Source: an uncultured virus (IMG/VR IMGVR_UViG_3300021962_006479)
Lineage: Duplodnaviria; Heunggongvirae; Uroviricota; Caudoviricetes
Direction: 5' to 3' (one strand)
DNA: 64,000 bases
IMG/VR virus record: IMGVR_UViG_3300021962_006479
Below the pieces are notes generated by a model, which had not been told where the DNA came from, ran no database searches, and was given only the letters and a program-made list of their open reading frames with translations. Positions 1 through 10,344 of the stretch are shown one piece after another. Position numbers and translations under genes: made by a program. How positions within the stretch are numbered: position 1 is the stretch's first letter; each line of letters begins with the position of its first letter.

Positions 1-2
1 CT

Positions 3-365
3 GGTGTAGTAGCAACTGATACCGCAGGTGTTGGTACTGGTAGATTCTCACTTGCGGCCGCAGGTTATGGTACAGATAAAGCTATTTTTGGTTATGGTAG
101 TAATGGAACTAATCTTTCAATTACCAACCTAGTATCAAATACAGGCGTTGTGGCCACAGACGTCACAGGTGTTGGTACTGCTAGGCAGGGATTAGCAGCC
201 GCAGGTTATGGTACTGATAAAGCTATATTTGGATATGGAGCTGGCGTCAGTGGTGATTTATCAGTAACTAATCTAGTATCAAACACAGGTGTAGTTGGTA
301 ATAATGTTACTGGTGTAGGTACTGCTAGACGTTATCTAGCGGCCGCGGGGTATTCATTATCGTAA
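3..365 (+). CDS. C-terminal part of a kelch-like repeat virion/adhesin protein (begins before the window)
   Basis: Frame open from position 3; repeated unit GVGTAR..LAAAGYGTDKAIFGYG...TNLVSNTGVV. Confidence 0.65.
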   Translation, partial: GVVATDTAGVGTGRFSLAAAGYGTDKAIFGYGSNGTNLSITNLVSNTGVVATDVTGVGTARQGLAAAGYGTDKAIFGYGAGVSGDLSVTNLVSNTGVVGNNVTGVGTARRYLAAAGYSLS

Positions 366-511
366 ACACATTTATTATAAAGGAAACAAATTATAACAAT
401 AACTAACCCATACTTACTGTATCAATGTGTAAATCCGTTGACTAAATACATAATAGGAGATTAAATATGTCACAAATAGTGCGCTATGTGTGTTTATAAT
501 TAAAAGATACC

Positions 512-3500
512 ATGTCAATTACTAAAATCGAGCCAAATCTTGTAAATGCAAGTGCTAACTTTACGTTCAACAACGTGACGGCTACGGGTAACCTATCCTC
601 GCTCAATGCTAATCTCGGTAATCTTGCACAAGCAAACTATTTCAGCGGTAGTGGTGCTAACTTAACAAATTTACCAGCTGGTAATATATCCGGACAAGTT
701 GGTAATGCACTTATATCAGGTACTGTATATACTGCCTCACAACCAAATATAACAAGTGTTGGTACACTAACTGGATTAACAAGTACAGGTACTATTAACT
801 TAACCGGTGCAAGTAACGTGGCACTAGGTCCAGTGGGTAATGTTCGGATCACCGGTGGCTCTAATGGACAATATTTACAAACAGATGGTTCTGGTATACT
901 GTCTTGGTCTACTGTAGCTAGCGGGTCAACAAGTAATATCAGTAATGGTAATAGTAATGTTAACATTCCATCAAGTAATGGAAATGTTAATATTAGTGCT
1001 GTAGGTAATGCAAACATATTAGTTATAACTGGTACCGGTGCAAACATCACAGGCACGTTAAATGTTACCGGTAATACAACTGTTGGTAATTTAACTACTA
1101 GTGGTTCAGGTGGTAACGTTAGCAATGTTAATGTTATCTCAGCTAATACATTTATTGCTACTGGTAATATCACTTCTGGTAATGCTAATTTAGGTAATGC
1201 AGTAACAGCTAATTTCTTTATTGGATCAGGTAATAATTTAAGTAATATTCAAGGTGCAAATGTTACAGGTACTGTATCAAGTGCTACCACAGCTAGTACC
1301 GTAACTACAGCATCACAGCCAAATATTACAAGTGTAGGTACATTAAGTAGCCTATCAGCAACCGGCAATATCACTTCTGGAAATGCTAACTTAGGTAACT
1401 TAGTTACAGCTAATTTCTTTACTGGTAATGGTAGTTTATTAACTGGTATTACAGTTAGTGCTGGTAATACTATTGTAAGTGGAAATAGCAATGTACTTGT
1501 TTCTGCAAACGGCAATGTAACAACTAGCGTATCAGGTAATGCAAACATATTAGTTATAACTGGTACAGGTGTTAATGTCGCAGGCACATTAAACGTTACA
1601 GGAAATGCAACAGTTGGTAATTTAATCACAGCCGGTTCAGGTGGTAACGTTAGCAATGTTAATGTTATCTCAGCTAATACATTTATTGCTACTGGTAATA
1701 TCACTTCTGGTAATGCTAATTTAGGTAATGCAGTAACAGCTAATTTCTTTATTGGTAACTTATATGGTACAGCTAATTTAGCAACAACTGCAACAACTGC
1801 AAATTCAGTTGCAGGAGCGAATGTATCTGGACAAGTAGCTAACGCATTAGTAGCAGGTACAGTCTACACTAATGCACAACCTAATATTACATCAGTCGGT
1901 ACATTAACTGATTTAAGTATATCCGGAAATGCAGTAGTTGCTGGTAATTTAGTTGTAAGTGGAAACACTAGCTATATCAATGTAGAAACACTAACAGTTG
2001 AAGATCCTATCATTGAATTAGGTGGTGGAGTAAACGCTGCACCTCTATCAAGCAATGACGGGAAAGATAGGGGCACATTATTACATTACTACACATCAGC
2101 ACCAGTAGACGCATTTATTGGGTGGGATAATTCAAATGCAGAATTTGCGTTTGGTAGTAATGTTTCAGTATCAAGTGAAGTAGTAACTTTTAACAGCTTG
2201 GGCAATGTACGTGCCAGTTATTTCATAGGTAATGGTAGTCAACTAACAGGTATAACAGCAGCTACATCAAGTAATGCTAATTATGCTAACTATGCAGGTA
2301 ATGCGTTTAGTGTTACTGGTAGTAACGTAACCGGAGCAGTAGCTTATGCAACAACTGCAAATGCAGTAGCTGGTGCTAATGTATCCGGTAATGTAGGCAA
2401 TGCATTAAATGCATATGCAGTTGCGGGCGCAAATGTTTCTGGTCAAGTAGCTAACGCATTAGTAGCAGGTACGGTCTATACTAACGCACAGCCAAATATC
2501 ACTTCAGTTGGGACACTAACTAGTTTAGATGTTACTGGAAATATCACTTCTGGCAATGCTAACTTAGGTAACTTAGTTACAGCTAATTTCTTTACTGGTA
2601 ATGGTAGTCTATTAACTGGTATTACAGTAAGCGCAGGCAATACAATTGTAAGTGGAAATAGCAATGTATTAGTAGCCGCAAACGGCAATGTAACAACTAG
2701 TGTAGCCGGTAATGCAAATATTGTGATTGTAACTGGTACAGGTGTTAATGTTGCAGGCACATTAAACGTTACAGGAAATGCAACAGTTGGTAATTTAATC
2801 ACAGCCGGTTCAGGTGGTAACATTAGTAACGTCAATGTTATTAGTGCAAACACATTCATTGCTACTGGTAATATCACCGCCGGCAATATTAATACTACTG
2901 GCTCAGGTGGTAATATTGGTAATGCTAATGTTATCTCGGCAAATACTTTTATTGCTACTGGTAATATTACTGTAAGTAATGCTAACTTAGGCAATGCCGC
3001 AACAGCTAATTACTTCATTGGTAATCTCTATGGAACAGCTAACTTAGCTACATATGCAACAACTGCAAATGCAGTAGCAGGTGGTAATGTTTCTGGACAG
3101 GTAGCTAACGCATTAGTAGCCGGCACAGTATATACAAATGCTCAACCAAACATTACGTCAGTTGGTACATTAACAAGTTTAGGTGTTACCGGTAATATCA
3201 CATCCGGTAATGCTAATTTAGGTAATTTGGTTACAGCTAATTTCTTTACTGGTAATGGGATATATTTAACTGGTATCACTACTGCAGGATTATCAAATGG
3301 CAATAGTAATGTAAATATCCCAAGTGCTAACGGTAATATTTTAGTAACAGTAGCAGGTAATGCAAATATTGTATCATTTACTGGTGTGGGATTAAGTACT
3401 GGTTTAGGTTCTATAACTAGACCGGCAAACGTTAGCGCTAACTCACCGTTGTATGCTGTGAGTAATATAGATGCACCACCAATCTCAATTCAAAATAGAT

Positions 3501-4693
3501 TTGCAACAGGTTATTCGTCAGTAGATGCCTTTAACTCCAGCAATGTATATATGGGGTCGTTTGGAGCGGCAAACCCGAGTGCAACCCTAGTACCTGCATT
3601 AGCAAATATGGTATATCTTTCTGGCTCTGCTAGTGCAACAGGGGTAGGTTTATATGCAGTTAACGGTAATGTAACATTAAGTGCTTCTAGTAATGCAAAT
3701 ATTGTAGTTGTAACTGGCACTGGTGCAAACATTACAGGTACTGCTAATATTAGTGGTAACTTAACTGCTGCTAACTTAGGTGGCCCATTAGCCAATGGTA
3801 ATAGTAATGTAAGAATTGCTACTTCAAATGGTAATATCAATTTAACAGCAGTGGGTAATACTGTAATGGTAGTTACTGGTACTGGTGCAAATATTTCAGG
3901 TACATTAGATGTAACAGGTAATTTAACTGCCGGTAATATTATTACTGCAGGTGGTAATGTATCTAATGTCAATGTTATTTCAGCTAATACCTTTATTGCG
4001 TCTGGTAATATAACTGGTGGTAATGCTAATTTAGGTAATACAACTACCGCTAATTTCTTTATTGGTAGTGGTAATAATTTAAGTAACATACAAGGTGCAA
4101 ATGTAACTGGTGCTGTTGGTTTAGCAACATTTGCTACAACTGCCAATGCAATAGCCGGAGCGAATATCTCTGGTCAAGTAAGTAACGCATTAGTTTCAGG
4201 TACAGTATACACTAATGCACAGCCAAATATAACTAGTATAGGATCATTAACTGGTTTAACAGTAAGTAATGCATCTGGTGTAGTTGATTTTACAACTACC
4301 GCTAACGTTACATTGGGGGCTATCGCTAATTTACATATATCTGGTGGTACAGCAAATTATGTGCTTAACACAGATGGTGCAGGTAACTTAAGTTGGGTAG
4401 CACCACCTGGTGGTGCAAATGTAACAGTAGATAACTTTACTGGTAATGGTGTACAAACAATATTTACTTTAAGCACTACTCCAATTGGCATAAATCAAAC
4501 TAGTGTTAACTATAATGGAGCTACAGTATTGCGTACTGATTATACATTAGCTAACGCTAATATTACATTTAGTAGTGCACCTGAAAATGGTAGTTTAATT
4601 GAAGTAACCACTATAAATCTCACTTCCGGTGGAGGTGGTGGAGGAATAACAGCACAAGATTTATTAAGCCCGTTCTTATTAATGGGAGCATAA
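512..4693 (+). CDS. Long Asn/Gly/Thr-rich repeat tail-fibre-like protein (1393 aa)
   Basis: Recurrent modules AQPNITSVGTL, GNANLGN..ANFF.G, SNGNSNVNI, GQYLQTDGSG; lies in a structural gene block. Confidence 0.8.
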   Translation: MSITKIEPNLVNASANFTFNNVTATGNLSSLNANLGNLAQANYFSGSGANLTNLPAGNISGQVGNALISGTVYTASQPNITSVGTLTGLTSTGTINLTGASNVALGPVGNVRITGGSNGQYLQTDGSGILSWSTVASGSTSNISNGNSNVNIPSSNGNVNISAVGNANILVITGTGANITGTLNVTGNTTVGNLTTSGSGGNVSNVNVISANTFIATGNITSGNANLGNAVTANFFIGSGNNLSNIQGANVTGTVSSATTASTVTTASQPNITSVGTLSSLSATGNITSGNANLGNLVTANFFTGNGSLLTGITVSAGNTIVSGNSNVLVSANGNVTTSVSGNANILVITGTGVNVAGTLNVTGNATVGNLITAGSGGNVSNVNVISANTFIATGNITSGNANLGNAVTANFFIGNLYGTANLATTATTANSVAGANVSGQVANALVAGTVYTNAQPNITSVGTLTDLSISGNAVVAGNLVVSGNTSYINVETLTVEDPIIELGGGVNAAPLSSNDGKDRGTLLHYYTSAPVDAFIGWDNSNAEFAFGSNVSVSSEVVTFNSLGNVRASYFIGNGSQLTGITAATSSNANYANYAGNAFSVTGSNVTGAVAYATTANAVAGANVSGNVGNALNAYAVAGANVSGQVANALVAGTVYTNAQPNITSVGTLTSLDVTGNITSGNANLGNLVTANFFTGNGSLLTGITVSAGNTIVSGNSNVLVAANGNVTTSVAGNANIVIVTGTGVNVAGTLNVTGNATVGNLITAGSGGNISNVNVISANTFIATGNITAGNINTTGSGGNIGNANVISANTFIATGNITVSNANLGNAATANYFIGNLYGTANLATYATTANAVAGGNVSGQVANALVAGTVYTNAQPNITSVGTLTSLGVTGNITSGNANLGNLVTANFFTGNGIYLTGITTAGLSNGNSNVNIPSANGNILVTVAGNANIVSFTGVGLSTGLGSITRPANVSANSPLYAVSNIDAPPISIQNRFATGYSSVDAFNSSNVYMGSFGAANPSATLVPALANMVYLSGSASATGVGLYAVNGNVTLSASSNANIVVVTGTGANITGTANISGNLTAANLGGPLANGNSNVRIATSNGNINLTAVGNTVMVVTGTGANISGTLDVTGNLTAGNIITAGGNVSNVNVISANTFIASGNITGGNANLGNTTTANFFIGSGNNLSNIQGANVTGAVGLATFATTANAIAGANISGQVSNALVSGTVYTNAQPNITSIGSLTGLTVSNASGVVDFTTTANVTLGAIANLHISGGTANYVLNTDGAGNLSWVAPPGGANVTVDNFTGNGVQTIFTLSTTPIGINQTSVNYNGATVLRTDYTLANANITFSSAPENGSLIEVTTINLTSGGGGGGITAQDLLSPFLLMGA
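1103..1755 (+). repeat. Identical 122-nt direct repeat in the fibre gene (1103-1224 and 1634-1755)
   Basis: Direct comparison of the two copies. Confidence 0.85.
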
Positions 4694-4702
4694 GGAAATA
4701 AC

Positions 4703-5032
4703 ATGGCAATCACATATAAAGTTTTAGGGCAAAGTAACCCAGCAGCAAATACAAATACAGATTTGTATACAGTACCAGCATCGACTTCAGCAGTGTGTAG
4801 TACAATTGTAATTTGTAATCAGGCAGCAAGTGCCGCAACATTTCGTGTAGCAGTAAGACCAGCTGGAGCATCAATTGGAGCTTCACAGTATATTTCATAT
4901 GATACTAACGTGAATGCTAATGATAGTATTACAATGACTATTGGTATTACATTAGCAACAACAGATGTAGTTACAGTAAGAGCTAATACAACTACAGTAA
5001 GTTTTAGTTTATTTGGGTCAGAGTTAACATGA
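4703..5032 (+). CDS. Small fibre-associated structural protein (109 aa)
   Basis: AAGGA RBS; beta-rich; located between fibre genes; ends FSLFGSELT. Confidence 0.65.
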   Translation: MAITYKVLGQSNPAANTNTDLYTVPASTSAVCSTIVICNQAASAATFRVAVRPAGASIGASQYISYDTNVNANDSITMTIGITLATTDVVTVRANTTTVSFSLFGSELT

Positions 5033-8000
5033 GTATAACCTCAGTTGTAAATGACCTTGTAACTAGCGTAAGTGTCATTAACGCATTAAAACCTTTACCT
5101 CCAACTATAACTAGTTATAGTGTTGGTGGATTAGATGATACTGCACTAGATCCAGCTGGTGGACAAACAGTACAAATAAACGGTACTGGCTTTTTACCGG
5201 GTGCAACAATCACATTTGATGGTAGTGCTGTAGCAGTAGTTACGTATGTTAGTCCAAATCGGTTAACCTTTACAAGCCCAGCAAAAAGTGCAGGCACATA
5301 TACAATTTACGCAGTAAATCCCGATGGAGGTACCGCAATATTTATTCCTGGTATCATTTATAGTGTGTTACCAACTTGGACAACAAGTGCAGGTACATTA
5401 GGTAGTTATTATGAGACAACAAGTATATCAAACACTGTTGTAGCTTCTGGTGATGCACCAATAACTTATTCATTATTTTCTGGTTCATTACCGACTGGTT
5501 CTACATTATATGCTAATGGTGTTATAACTGGTACAGCTCCGATAGATAGTAGTAGCACAACATATTCATTTACGATACAAGCAACTGATGCTCAATTACA
5601 AGATAGTACTAGAAGTTTTAGTTTAACGATTAATACTGATGCTGTTACCTGGGTTAGTCCAGCAAATAATACAACATATACAAGTGCGGTAGATAGTGCT
5701 ATAGCTAATGTAACATTAAGTGCGACTGATGCCGCTGGTTATGCTGTTAGTTATAGTGCTAATGCACTACCAACTGGATTGAGTTTAAGTGGTGCTAATA
5801 TATCTGGTACACCAACGGTAATAGCTGATAGTAGTACATTGTTAACAGCTACGGCTGCGACAACAAATCGTACTGCTGTGAGAACTATCAATTGGAGTAT
5901 TACAGTAGCGAATGATCCATACTTTGAGTATAATACATTATTGATACCGGGAGCAAGCACAACATTCGTAGATGATGCAAGTACAAATAACTTTGCAGTA
6001 ACTATTAATGGTGATACAAAGCCGAACAATTTTAATCCATACACACCGGGCTATTATAGTAATTATTTTGATGGTACACAAGATGGTTTATTGACGCCGG
6101 CTGGATCTGGAAATCTTGTAAATACTGATTTTACATGGGAGGCTTGGGTTAATTTCTCATCATTAGCATCAGCTTCTTGTATTATAGGATCTGGTACTTC
6201 CGACAGAACAATTTTATATTATGATACAACGAATGGATTAACATATGTTGTTGCTAGATCGGGTGGCAATCAAGTATTAATTCAACAAGGATCAACTAGT
6301 GGTTGGGCTGTGGGTACTTGGTATCATGTAGCAGTTGTTAGAAGTGGTAATAACTATACAATATATAGAAACGGTGTTTCAATAGCGACAGGAACTAGTG
6401 CATATGCTCAATCTGATCTAAGCCAAGGGTTAAGTGTTGGTTATTCCAACGTTGCCGCAAGTGAACTAACAGTAACTGGATACATTTCAAATGCTAGAGT
6501 AGTTAACGGAACAGCAGTATATACATCTGCATTTACTCCTTCAACAATACCATTAACAGCTATATCAGGTACCCGATTATTAACTTGTCAGAGTAATCGT
6601 TTTATAGATAACAGTACAAACAACTTTACTTTAACAGTTTATGGTAATACATCAATAAGTGCATTTGACCCATTCATACCAAACACATCTTATAGTAGTT
6701 ATGGTAGTGGATACTTTGATGGTACTGGGGATTATATAAAGGCACCCGCCAATGCAGCCCTTTCATTTGATGCGGACTTTTGCATAGAGTGTTGGGTTAA
6801 CACATCTACAATTTCATTGGATCCATACGGCCGAAGACTTTGGTCTTTTGGATCAGGGTCCGGAACCTACCTAGACGCATTGTTTTATGATGGCAGCGGG
6901 ATTACATCAAACCTGTGCATACAAGTTCCTAGTGCAGGGATTGTTATTACAGGTACAATACCGGTAGCCAATAGTCAATGGAATCATGTTGCATTAACTC
7001 GTTCTGGATCTTCAATGAAGTTATTTGTAAATGGTGTACAGAGTGGCAGTACATATACAACCGCCGGTGCATATTCAGCTGGTGCTACCAATGGCATGTA
7101 TATCGGTTGTTTGGGTGAAGGTGTTGGTGGATTCTTTTTAGGATCTATTACTGATTTGCGTGTAGTTAAAGGTACAGCAGTATATACAACAACATTCACC
7201 CCACCCTCAGCACCCTTAACCGCTATAGCAAATACAAGTTTATTAACATTACAAAACAATCAACCAGTAAACAATAGTACTTTCTTAGATAACAGTACAA
7301 ACAACTTTTTAGTTACACGTGCTGGTAATGCTACTCAAGGTACATTTAGTCCTTATGGTGGTAACTGGTCTGCATCTTTAAATGGTACAACTGATTACTT
7401 ATCTACTCCATATAATACTGCATTTGATTTTAATACTGGTAATTTTACCGTGGAGTGTTGGTTTAATCATACTGGTGCAAATTTTGCTAACTATCCAATG
7501 TTATTTGGTCTTGCAACAGGTTCAAATTCTGCACGTAGTTACTATTTTTACATAGATCCTTCAGGATTTTTAAACTTTAGTATGTACCCAGATGGAGTTA
7601 CTGTGACTTTACTTACAGCAACTACTGCTTGTACACGTAATGTGTGGAATCATACTGCTCTAGTTAGAAGCAGTGGTACAACAAAAATTTATTTAAATGG
7701 CGTTGTTGTAGCTACTGCCGCTAATCAAAATTTTCAACCTTATTTAAATGCTGGTTCCTTTTTTAACATTGGCAGAGAAGCATCATTTAATGGTTCTTAC
7801 TTTCCAGGGTATATTTCAAATTTTCGTATAGTAAAAGGCACAGCATTATATACAACTACATTTACACCACCTACAACACCACTAACACCAATAACAAATA
7901 CTGTTTTATTAACCTGCCAATCATCTCGTTTTATAGATAACAGTATAAACAACTTTACTATTACAAAAGCCGGTGATACTAGTGTACAACGATTTAGTCC

Positions 8001-9861
8001 ATTCAATCCATCATCAGTAACCCCAACAAGTTATAGTGGTTATTTTGATGGTACGGGGGATTATGTTAGTGCTCCATATAGTGCTGGCGGGCAATTAGGT
8101 AGTAATAATTTCACAATTGAATTTTGGGCATATTTTTCAAGTGTTGCATCTGGGCAACAATTACTTAGTGCATATCAAAGTGGATCAACTATAAATTACG
8201 CCCTTTACACAGCCTCAACTGGTACTCTAAACTACTACCTAAGTTCAAACGGTAGCACATGGAATATTGCAAGTGGGGTATCTTTTGGTAATATTTCAGT
8301 AAATACTTGGATTCATGTAGCGTTGGTAAGAAACGGAAGCACTTTTACTCCATATCTAAACGGTGTTGCTGGTACTACATCTACAAGCGCATCAGCAATT
8401 TATACAAATACTTCACCTACAATTATTGGAGCTGCCGTTAATCCAACAGTTAATTCACCATTTACAGGTTATATATCCAACCTACGAATTGTTAATGGGA
8501 CAGCCGTCTATACCGCAACATTCACCCCACCGACAAGCCCACTAACAGCAATTGCGAATACAAGTTTATTAACCTGTCAATCACCAACATTTATAGATAA
8601 CAGTACAAACAACTTTACGATTACTGCCGCAGGGGATAGTAAACCAACAATACAAAACCCATTTGGGTTTACTAGTGCAACAACTAATGGCTATACACCA
8701 AGTACAATAGGTGGTAGTGGTTATTTTGATGGTACTGGGGACAATTTAATAACTCCCAATAATTCAGCACTAGCACTTGGTGCTGGGGATTTTACTGTAG
8801 AAGCAAATTTCTATTTAACCACAAGTAATACGGCCCAGTGTATTCTAGATTTTAGAACTGCTGCGGGGTCTAGTACTGGATTCTTTTTAGGTATTGTTGA
8901 CTCTGGTAAAATTCAAGTATGGAATGGCGGTAGTGCAATTTTATCTAATGCAATTGTTACAACAGGCAGATGGTATCACTTAGCAATAGTTAGAAAATCT
9001 ACTACTTTAACAGCGTACTTAGATGGAGTAGCAGTGGCTACCAATACAAGCTCATCAACTAATTTTACTGATAATAGATGTAGTATTGGAAGTAGCCCAG
9101 TTGACGCTGATGTAAAAATCACAGGTTACTTGTCAGATGTGCGTGTTGTAAAAGGTACCGCAGTATATATTTCAAATTTCGTACCACCTACACAACCACT
9201 AACCGCAGTACAAAATACAGTATTACTAACTAATATGACCAGTGCAGGTATATACGATGCCGCAATGATGAATAACATGGAAACTGTTGCTGATGCTAAA
9301 CTAAGTACAGCAGTAAGTAAGTTTGGCGGAAGTAGTATGAGTTTTGATGGCACCGGTGATTATCTGATACTACCTGCAGGACAAACAGGTGCATTTAACA
9401 CAGGTAACTTTACTATTGAGTTTTGGTTTTATGCCACTACTGTTGCTATAGCAAATCAAGCTTTTATAGCGCAACGAACCGGTGATACGGTAGCCGTTAT
9501 TGGCTGGAGTATACGTCTTGGAACATCCACATTTGCTGCCGATATATCTAATGGGTCAACTAACTATACTCTTACACATCAAACGGCAGTATCTGCAAAT
9601 AGTTGGAATCACGGTGCCTTAGTTAGATCGGGCACTTCAATAACACTTTATTTAAATGGTGTAGCTAATTCATCTCCACAGACAGTAGCATCTAATTACA
9701 TTCTGAATGGATCTGGTAGTACCATATACATAGGATATGCATCCTCTGGATCAGTAATTTCCTCGTTTAATGGTTACATGGATGACCTCAGAATAACAAA
9801 AGGTTATGCACGTTATACAAGTAACTTCACCCCACCAACAAGTGCATTTCAGCTCTTTTAA
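5029..9861 (+). CDS. IPT/TIG + Ig-like + multiple LamG/concanavalin-A-like domain adhesin (1610 aa)
   Basis: About six repeats of YFDGTGDY...DFT.E.W...W.HVA.VR.G...Y.NG...GYISN.R.V.G.A.Y; N-terminal GGQTVQINGTGF. Confidence 0.85.
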   Translation: MSITSVVNDLVTSVSVINALKPLPPTITSYSVGGLDDTALDPAGGQTVQINGTGFLPGATITFDGSAVAVVTYVSPNRLTFTSPAKSAGTYTIYAVNPDGGTAIFIPGIIYSVLPTWTTSAGTLGSYYETTSISNTVVASGDAPITYSLFSGSLPTGSTLYANGVITGTAPIDSSSTTYSFTIQATDAQLQDSTRSFSLTINTDAVTWVSPANNTTYTSAVDSAIANVTLSATDAAGYAVSYSANALPTGLSLSGANISGTPTVIADSSTLLTATAATTNRTAVRTINWSITVANDPYFEYNTLLIPGASTTFVDDASTNNFAVTINGDTKPNNFNPYTPGYYSNYFDGTQDGLLTPAGSGNLVNTDFTWEAWVNFSSLASASCIIGSGTSDRTILYYDTTNGLTYVVARSGGNQVLIQQGSTSGWAVGTWYHVAVVRSGNNYTIYRNGVSIATGTSAYAQSDLSQGLSVGYSNVAASELTVTGYISNARVVNGTAVYTSAFTPSTIPLTAISGTRLLTCQSNRFIDNSTNNFTLTVYGNTSISAFDPFIPNTSYSSYGSGYFDGTGDYIKAPANAALSFDADFCIECWVNTSTISLDPYGRRLWSFGSGSGTYLDALFYDGSGITSNLCIQVPSAGIVITGTIPVANSQWNHVALTRSGSSMKLFVNGVQSGSTYTTAGAYSAGATNGMYIGCLGEGVGGFFLGSITDLRVVKGTAVYTTTFTPPSAPLTAIANTSLLTLQNNQPVNNSTFLDNSTNNFLVTRAGNATQGTFSPYGGNWSASLNGTTDYLSTPYNTAFDFNTGNFTVECWFNHTGANFANYPMLFGLATGSNSARSYYFYIDPSGFLNFSMYPDGVTVTLLTATTACTRNVWNHTALVRSSGTTKIYLNGVVVATAANQNFQPYLNAGSFFNIGREASFNGSYFPGYISNFRIVKGTALYTTTFTPPTTPLTPITNTVLLTCQSSRFIDNSINNFTITKAGDTSVQRFSPFNPSSVTPTSYSGYFDGTGDYVSAPYSAGGQLGSNNFTIEFWAYFSSVASGQQLLSAYQSGSTINYALYTASTGTLNYYLSSNGSTWNIASGVSFGNISVNTWIHVALVRNGSTFTPYLNGVAGTTSTSASAIYTNTSPTIIGAAVNPTVNSPFTGYISNLRIVNGTAVYTATFTPPTSPLTAIANTSLLTCQSPTFIDNSTNNFTITAAGDSKPTIQNPFGFTSATTNGYTPSTIGGSGYFDGTGDNLITPNNSALALGAGDFTVEANFYLTTSNTAQCILDFRTAAGSSTGFFLGIVDSGKIQVWNGGSAILSNAIVTTGRWYHLAIVRKSTTLTAYLDGVAVATNTSSSTNFTDNRCSIGSSPVDADVKITGYLSDVRVVKGTAVYISNFVPPTQPLTAVQNTVLLTNMTSAGIYDAAMMNNMETVADAKLSTAVSKFGGSSMSFDGTGDYLILPAGQTGAFNTGNFTIEFWFYATTVAIANQAFIAQRTGDTVAVIGWSIRLGTSTFAADISNGSTNYTLTHQTAVSANSWNHGALVRSGTSITLYLNGVANSSPQTVASNYILNGSGSTIYIGYASSGSVISSFNGYMDDLRITKGYARYTSNFTPPTSAFQLF

Positions 9862-9911
9862 TGTAATACAATCAATGATTATGCTACTAAATATAGTATA
9901 GGAAATAAAAA

Positions 9912-10265
9912 ATGAGTCATTTTGCACAAATAGATGAAAATAACATCGTTACACAAGTAATCGTAATAGAACAAGATGTGGTAGATACAGGTCTATTTGG
10001 AGATCCAAATAGCTGGATTCAAACAAGCTATAACACATCTGGAGGTGTACATACTCAAGGTGGTACACCATTACGTAAAAATTATGCTGGTATAGGCTAT
10101 ACATATGATAATACTAGAGATGCATTTATTCCACCAAAACCATATAATAGTTGGGTATTAAATGAAACTACATGCTTATGGGAAGCGCCTATACCAATGC
10201 CAGATGATGATAAAATGTATAGTTGGGATGAAGAAACAACATCTTGGATTGAAATAACTGTGTAA
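9912..10265 (+). CDS. Tail-fibre assembly/chaperone-like protein
   Basis: MSHFAQID...RKNYAGIGYTYD..RDAFIPPKPY.SW...W.AP..MP....Y.WDE motif; follows the fibre gene. Confidence 0.65.
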   Translation: MSHFAQIDENNIVTQVIVIEQDVVDTGLFGDPNSWIQTSYNTSGGVHTQGGTPLRKNYAGIGYTYDNTRDAFIPPKPYNSWVLNETTCLWEAPIPMPDDDKMYSWDEETTSWIEITV

Positions 10266-10344
10266 CTGTTACAAAACAAATTGGATTAAATACATACATG
10301 GGGTTATAAAATTAATCCAATTATACTAATAAGAGAAACAATGC